The notes under the pieces: generated by a model
Database searches by the model: none
Told to the model about the DNA's origin: nothing
The model's input: the letters and a program-made list of their open reading frames with translations, nothing else
Shown: one piece after another, positions 59,279 to 64,000 of the stretch
Layout of the letters: every line of letters starts with the position of its first letter
How positions within the stretch are numbered: position 1 is the first letter of the stretch
Translations under genes and position numbers: made by a program
Assembly (NCBI GenBank): GCA_041656115.1
Contig: JBBAED010000004.1
Coordinates: forward strand, 10,186 to 74,185
Source of the DNA: Dehalococcoidales bacterium
GTDB lineage: Bacteria > Chloroflexota > Dehalococcoidia > Dehalococcoidales > UBA5627
Length of the DNA stretch: 64,000 bases
Direction: 5' to 3'

Positions 59279-60052
59279 GTGAAAATAAAATTTTTGGGCG
59301 CACACAATACACAAACCAGAGATATCAGACCGGCCGGTTTGGTGATAGACGGGATATTAGCCTTGGATGCCGGCGGATTGGCATCCGGCCTTACGCTTGA
59401 AGAACAACTTGCCCTTAAAGCAGTGCTGATTACTCATCAGCATTACGACCACATTAAAGACTTGCCGCTTCTGGGAATGAACCATCTTCTAAACCGCAGT
59501 TCGTTTGATGTTTACTGCCTGCCCGAAACAGGCGATATTATTTCTCGCTATTTAATGGACGGCACCCTCTATTCCAGATTTTTGGAAAAAGGCCAAAGAG
59601 AAAAAGCGGTCATTGAACTCAACACGATTGAACCGGATAAAGTTAGGCAAATTGAAGGCTACTCTGTGACCCCGATAACGGTGCCTCACGGCGTTCCCGC
59701 TGTCGGATATCTGGTATCCGCCGCAAGCGGGCAATCATTTTTTTATACCGGTGACAGCGGTCCGGGGCTTGCCAATAAATTAAAGGATTATTCGTTTGAT
59801 TTACTGATTACCGAAGTCACCGCTTCCGACGAGTATATTGAAACATGCCGCAAGAGAGGGCATCTTTGCCCATCGCTTCTTAGGGAAGAGCTTATAACAT
59901 ATACAAAGCTCAGAAGTTCTATTCCTAAAGTGATGACGGTCCATATGAATATTTTCCAAGAAGAACAAATCCGTAACGAACTAAAAAAAGTGTCCGAAGA
60001 GCTGGGGGTTTTAATTGAACCGGCTTGCGAAGATATGATTGCGGAAATTTAA
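59279..60052 (+). CDS. metallo-beta-lactamase-fold hydrolase
   Basis: 257 aa with the MBL motif ITHQHYDH and downstream H/D ligands. Confidence 0.75.
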   Translation: MKIKFLGAHNTQTRDIRPAGLVIDGILALDAGGLASGLTLEEQLALKAVLITHQHYDHIKDLPLLGMNHLLNRSSFDVYCLPETGDIISRYLMDGTLYSRFLEKGQREKAVIELNTIEPDKVRQIEGYSVTPITVPHGVPAVGYLVSAASGQSFFYTGDSGPGLANKLKDYSFDLLITEVTASDEYIETCRKRGHLCPSLLREELITYTKLRSSIPKVMTVHMNIFQEEQIRNELKKVSEELGVLIEPACEDMIAEI

Positions 60053-60097
60053 TCTTTACCGCATTGCCAAGACTTAAAAGATGGGGGGAGTAATTGA

Positions 60098-60700
60098 ATG
60101 CATGTATTTGAGGCTGCCGTTAACAGGCGTTCGATAAGAATATTTAAAAATAATCCGATTGATTTTAATATTTTGGAAAGGTGCGTTGATGCGGCTCGGC
60201 TGGCTCCCTCAGCAATGAACAGCCAGCTTTGCGAATACGTAATAGTTGACGATGCGCAGACCCGCTCCGAGATATTGGATTCGATTGCTTACTGGGGAGG
60301 GGTTCCCAAACCTGCCGAGGGGTGGACTGCCGGGAAGAAGCCCTTGGCATATATCGTTGTGCTTATAAATTTGGATCGGGAAAAAGAATACGGCTGCGGC
60401 AGATCCAATGCTTTTATTGATATTGGGCTGGCGCTTGGTAATATGACTTTGGTTGCTTGGGAAGAGGGGATCGGCACTTGTGTTATGACCGGTATCGATA
60501 AAGAAAGAATCGGTAAAATTGTAAACGCCACCGATAGGTATGAAGCCGCGGTGTTGTTGTCACTGGGGTATCCGGATGAAGAAGTTGTCTTGGAAAAATC
60601 GGACGGTTCGATAAAACGCTGGGTTGACGAGGAAGGTGTGCGCCACGTGCCTAAGCGCAAGCTGGAGGATGTAATCCATCGAAACAGGATTGAATACTAA
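60098..60700 (+). CDS. nitroreductase-family (NADH/FMN oxidoreductase) protein
   Basis: NRRSIRIFKNNPI and the later SAMNSQ and GYPDE segments fit the nitroreductase fold. Confidence 0.8.
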   Translation: MHVFEAAVNRRSIRIFKNNPIDFNILERCVDAARLAPSAMNSQLCEYVIVDDAQTRSEILDSIAYWGGVPKPAEGWTAGKKPLAYIVVLINLDREKEYGCGRSNAFIDIGLALGNMTLVAWEEGIGTCVMTGIDKERIGKIVNATDRYEAAVLLSLGYPDEEVVLEKSDGSIKRWVDEEGVRHVPKRKLEDVIHRNRIEY

Positions 60701-60714
60701 CACAGCTCTCAACC

Positions 60715-61412
60715 GTCTTTGCGAGGAACGAGCCCTTGGGCGAATGACGTGGCAATCTCACTCTTGTCATCCTGCTTTTCCCCTTTTTGTCATCCTGAAC
60801 GCAGTGAAGGATCTAAGAGGACGAGAAATACAGGCTATGAGGCGTCTTCGGCAAGCTCAGAATAACAAGTTATAAACGTCTTTGCGAGGAGCGAGCCGTC
60901 AGGCAAGTGACGTGGCAATCTCCAAGAAATTGATCTATATGAGATTCTTCGCTTCGCTCTGAAAGACAGAGGAGGATTGCTTCGCTGCGCTCGCAAAGAC
61001 AATGGGTTAGCCGTTCGTGGTGAAGGATCTAAGAGGACGGGGAATATAAGCTGTTAGGTTGCCTCGGCAATAAAGAAGAGGCATCGTCCTACCGTAAAAT
61101 TTGCAACCGAACGTTGCATTATCCGCTAACTCCCAGATTCTTCGACAAGCTCAGAATGACACTACTGTCTTTGCGAGGAACGAGCCGTTAGGCGAGTGAC
61201 GTGGCAATCTCATACGGATTTAATTTTTTAGAGATTGCTTCGCCTTCCCTACGGGAATGGTCTCGCAAAAACAAGGTGGGTTGCTTCGCTGCGCTCGCAA
61301 AGACAATGGTTTAGCCGTTCGTGGTGAGCCTGTCGAACCATAACGGCGGTCGAATAGTAATCCTTATCTACTCCCGTTCGTTGGACCCTTCAACAAGCTC
61401 AGAATGACACTA
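60715..61412. repeat. nest of MITE-like intergenic repeats (families A, B, C) #7
   Basis: B unit, A unit, B unit, reverse A unit, B-type hairpins and a C unit, ending 4 nt before the dnaE stop codon. Confidence 0.85.
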
Positions 61413-61415
61413 CTC

Positions 61416-64000
61416 TTAATCATCATCGGTGCTGATTCTTTCTTCACCTACCTTATCAGCCAATCGCGACATCAACTTAGACGATATCCCGATATGCATA
61501 TGGGGCATTTTTACGGTAAACACTTTTGTGCCGTTATCAATAACGATAATGACGGAATCGTCGCCGGGGTAATCGTTTAAGATATCCATCACATCGCGTA
61601 ATTGTTTTACATCGCCGGCCTCGTCCCCCGACTGCTTAAGCTTAACAGTCAGACGGCGTTTTTGACCGGATGCTTTTGTCGTTTCTTCAGTAGCTTTTGA
61701 CGGCTCAAAAAAATCAGGTGCCACTACTTTTTTCGCCAATGTCTTGTCCTCCAGGTTATAAATACGTACGTGGTCGCATACCAGTTGAGGGCTATCACCC
61801 CTAACTTTAACTTTACCGTCCACTAAAAGAATGTTTCCTTCCAACCATAGGTCTCGGGTAGAAGCAAAAACGCGCGACCAAGCCATAACTTCCAGTTTGC
61901 CGTTCAAATCTTCAAGCACTACGCTGGCCGATACCTTCCCTTCTCTGCTCACAATATTACGAACGGAAGAAACCATGCCCGCCACTACCACCGTTTGCCC
62001 TTCCATTTCTTCGGTTACCTCTCCGCAAAGCATCGTATTTTCCACCATTGCTTTCTCAGCAAAGGGGCTAAACGGATGCTCGGAAAGATAAACCCCCAAG
62101 AGTTCTTTTTCCCAATCCAGTATTTCTTTACGCGAAACTTCTATTTTTTCCAATTCAAGTGTTGCCAAAGGAACATTAACGGTGTCGCCCCAAAGGTCAA
62201 ACATAGTTGATTGTCCGCTGTCTTTCAATTGCTGTTCACGCTGAGCGGCCGACATTATAACCCCAATGTTACCTAAAAGGGTACCTCGTTCGCCGAACGA
62301 ATCCATTGCTCCGGCTTTAATAAGGCTTTCCATAACCCTTTTATTAATTCCGCAAATATCTACCCGGCGGCACATATCTTCAATGGTTTTGTAATCGCCG
62401 TTGGCTCTTCTCTCTTCGATAATCGGTTTAACGGCGTTTACACCTACATTTTTAATGGCTTCCAAGCCGAAACGGATGGCCTGTGTTCCGTCCTCTGTGC
62501 TTTCAATCGTAAAATCCACCTCGGAACGATTGATATCGGGCGGTAATACTTTAATCCCCATCCGATGGCATTCGTCTATCGCAACGCCGATTTTTTCGGC
62601 TTGCCCGTCCGCCGCAATTAAAAGAGCGGTGAGGTATTCTATCGAAAAGTGGGCTTTAAGGTATGCCGTTTGATAGGCAATCAAGGCATAGTTTACGGCG
62701 TGTGCCTTGTTAAAGGCATAGCCGGCAAACGGTTCAATTAAGGCATAGACTTTTTCGGCAATCTCGGCGGTATAGCCGTTCTTCTCGGCGCCTTTAATGA
62801 AATTGGCTTTCTCTTTAACCATCACTTCGGCTTTTTTCTTACCCATTGCCTTGCGGAAGATATCCGCCTGCCCCAAGCTGTAGCCGCCGAAGGCGCGCAC
62901 AATAAAAAGCACCTGTTCTTGATAAACAATAACGCCGTATGTTTCTTCCAAAAACTCTTTTAAAGCGGGGTGCGGATAGGTAATCGGCTCAATGCCGTAT
63001 TTGGAACGAATAAATTTGGGAATTTGTTCCATCGGCCCCGGGCGATAAAGGGCAACCATGGCGGCAATATCGGAAAAAACTGTTGGTTTAAGCTCTTTGA
63101 TATAACGCCGCATACCGCTGCCTTCCAATTGGAACACCCCCACGGTTTCCCCTGCCGCCAAAAGCTCAAATGTTTTGGCATCGTCCATCGGGATATTATA
63201 GCGGTCGATATCTATCCCGCGGTTTTCTTTAATAATTTGTTGCGTTCTGCCCAATGTCGTCAGGTTCGAAAGCCCCAAGAAATCCATTTTAAGCAATCCG
63301 ATTCTGGCAATATCGTCCATCGGATATTGGGTCATTACCAACCCCGAATCCGTATCACGGCTGATTCTTTGCAGCGGGATATGATTTGTAAGCGGATCTT
63401 TGGAAATTACAACACCGGCAGCGTGGGTGCTGGAATGACGCGCCACGCCTTCAACACCTTTAGCGTAATCAACCAAGTTTTTGACAGCGGGTTCGGTTTC
63501 GTAAATTGTTTTGAATTCCCCGTTTTCTTCCAGCGCTTTATTGATTGTCATCCCAACCGCAAAGGGCACCATTTTGGCAACGCGGTCAACCTCACCGTAC
63601 GCCATGCCCAAAGCACGTCCGGCATCACGAATGGCAGCTTTGGCTCCCAACGTACCGAAGGTTATAATTTGTGCAACGTGGTCTTGTCCGTATTTATGCG
63701 ATACATAGTTAATGACCTCTTCGCGGCGCTTGTCTTCAAAATCCATATCGATATCGGGCATTTCACGCCGTTCGAGATTCAAAAACCTTTCAAAAACAAG
63801 CTTATGCGGAATAGGGTCAATATCGTTAATCCTTAAACACCTCAGCACTATACTGGATGCGGCACTGCCCCTAACATTTACCAAAATACCGTTTTCACGA
63901 GTAAACTTAACAATATCCCAAACTACCAAAAAGTAGCGCGCAAATTGAGTCTTTTCGATAACATCCAGCTCATAGCGCAGCCTTTCTTCAATCTCAGGTG
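61416..64000 (-). CDS. dnaE: DNA polymerase III alpha subunit (C-terminal ~860 aa; gene continues beyond the window end)
   Basis: PHP/palm region motifs (PDIDMDF, GLLKMDFLGL), fingers, and C-terminal OB-fold domain. There is no in-window start, so the N-terminus lies beyond 64000. Confidence 0.85.
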   Translation of the reverse strand, partial: PEIEERLRYELDVIEKTQFARYFLVVWDIVKFTRENGILVNVRGSAASSIVLRCLRINDIDPIPHKLVFERFLNLERREMPDIDMDFEDKRREEVINYVSHKYGQDHVAQIITFGTLGAKAAIRDAGRALGMAYGEVDRVAKMVPFAVGMTINKALEENGEFKTIYETEPAVKNLVDYAKGVEGVARHSSTHAAGVVISKDPLTNHIPLQRISRDTDSGLVMTQYPMDDIARIGLLKMDFLGLSNLTTLGRTQQIIKENRGIDIDRYNIPMDDAKTFELLAAGETVGVFQLEGSGMRRYIKELKPTVFSDIAAMVALYRPGPMEQIPKFIRSKYGIEPITYPHPALKEFLEETYGVIVYQEQVLFIVRAFGGYSLGQADIFRKAMGKKKAEVMVKEKANFIKGAEKNGYTAEIAEKVYALIEPFAGYAFNKAHAVNYALIAYQTAYLKAHFSIEYLTALLIAADGQAEKIGVAIDECHRMGIKVLPPDINRSEVDFTIESTEDGTQAIRFGLEAIKNVGVNAVKPIIEERRANGDYKTIEDMCRRVDICGINKRVMESLIKAGAMDSFGERGTLLGNIGVIMSAAQREQQLKDSGQSTMFDLWGDTVNVPLATLELEKIEVSRKEILDWEKELLGVYLSEHPFSPFAEKAMVENTMLCGEVTEEMEGQTVVVAGMVSSVRNIVSREGKVSASVVLEDLNGKLEVMAWSRVFASTRDLWLEGNILLVDGKVKVRGDSPQLVCDHVRIYNLEDKTLAKKVVAPDFFEPSKATEETTKASGQKRRLTVKLKQSGDEAGDVKQLRDVMDILNDYPGDDSVIIVIDNGTKVFTVKMPHMHIGISSKLMSRLADKVGEERISTDDD

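Overview
The window is a 64-kb bacterial chromosomal segment of about 48% GC. Its gene content, the monoderm-style Thr/Val-rich surface proteins and a tmRNA tag that appears to end in LAG weakly suggest Chloroflexota, but that is a low-confidence inference. The core is conserved housekeeping genes: tsaD, a CIRCE-controlled groES-groEL operon, a four-tRNA cluster (Trp-Ser-Gly-Cys), rplY, thpR, comF, radC, ssrA/smpB, thiE-ykoF-thiM, valS, coaBC, coaX, nnr, rsmA, ispE, dcd, two ABC-2 transporter pairs and the 3' part of dnaE. Between these lie accessory regions. One is an AT-rich locus beside tRNA-Leu with a NERD/zinc-ribbon nuclease, an excisionase-like HTH protein, a small DUF5679-like protein and an unknown 327-aa protein. 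Another is an O-acyltransferase cassette of the PatA/PatB type (lipoprotein, MBOAT, SGNH-like partner). There are two paralogous giant surface proteins (BNR-like repeats, FN3 domains, Thr/Val stalk, C-terminal TM anchor) and a tandem pair of paralogous three-repeat beta-sandwich proteins. The strongest candidate for a novel system is a small islet at tRNA-Met(CAU), bounded by a 30-bp repeat of the tRNA 3' end, that has no integrase, carries a HEPN-like gene and a PD-(D/E)xK-like gene, and reuses an identical promoter module. About 5% of the window is seven nests of three interleaved MITE-like inverted-repeat families; several nests flank the surface-protein genes. Many short ORFs in the six-frame track are artefacts of translating these repeats or lie antisense to real genes. 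Coordinates I derived by hand (tRNAs, regulatory sites, sub-60-aa ORFs) may be off by 1-2 bp.
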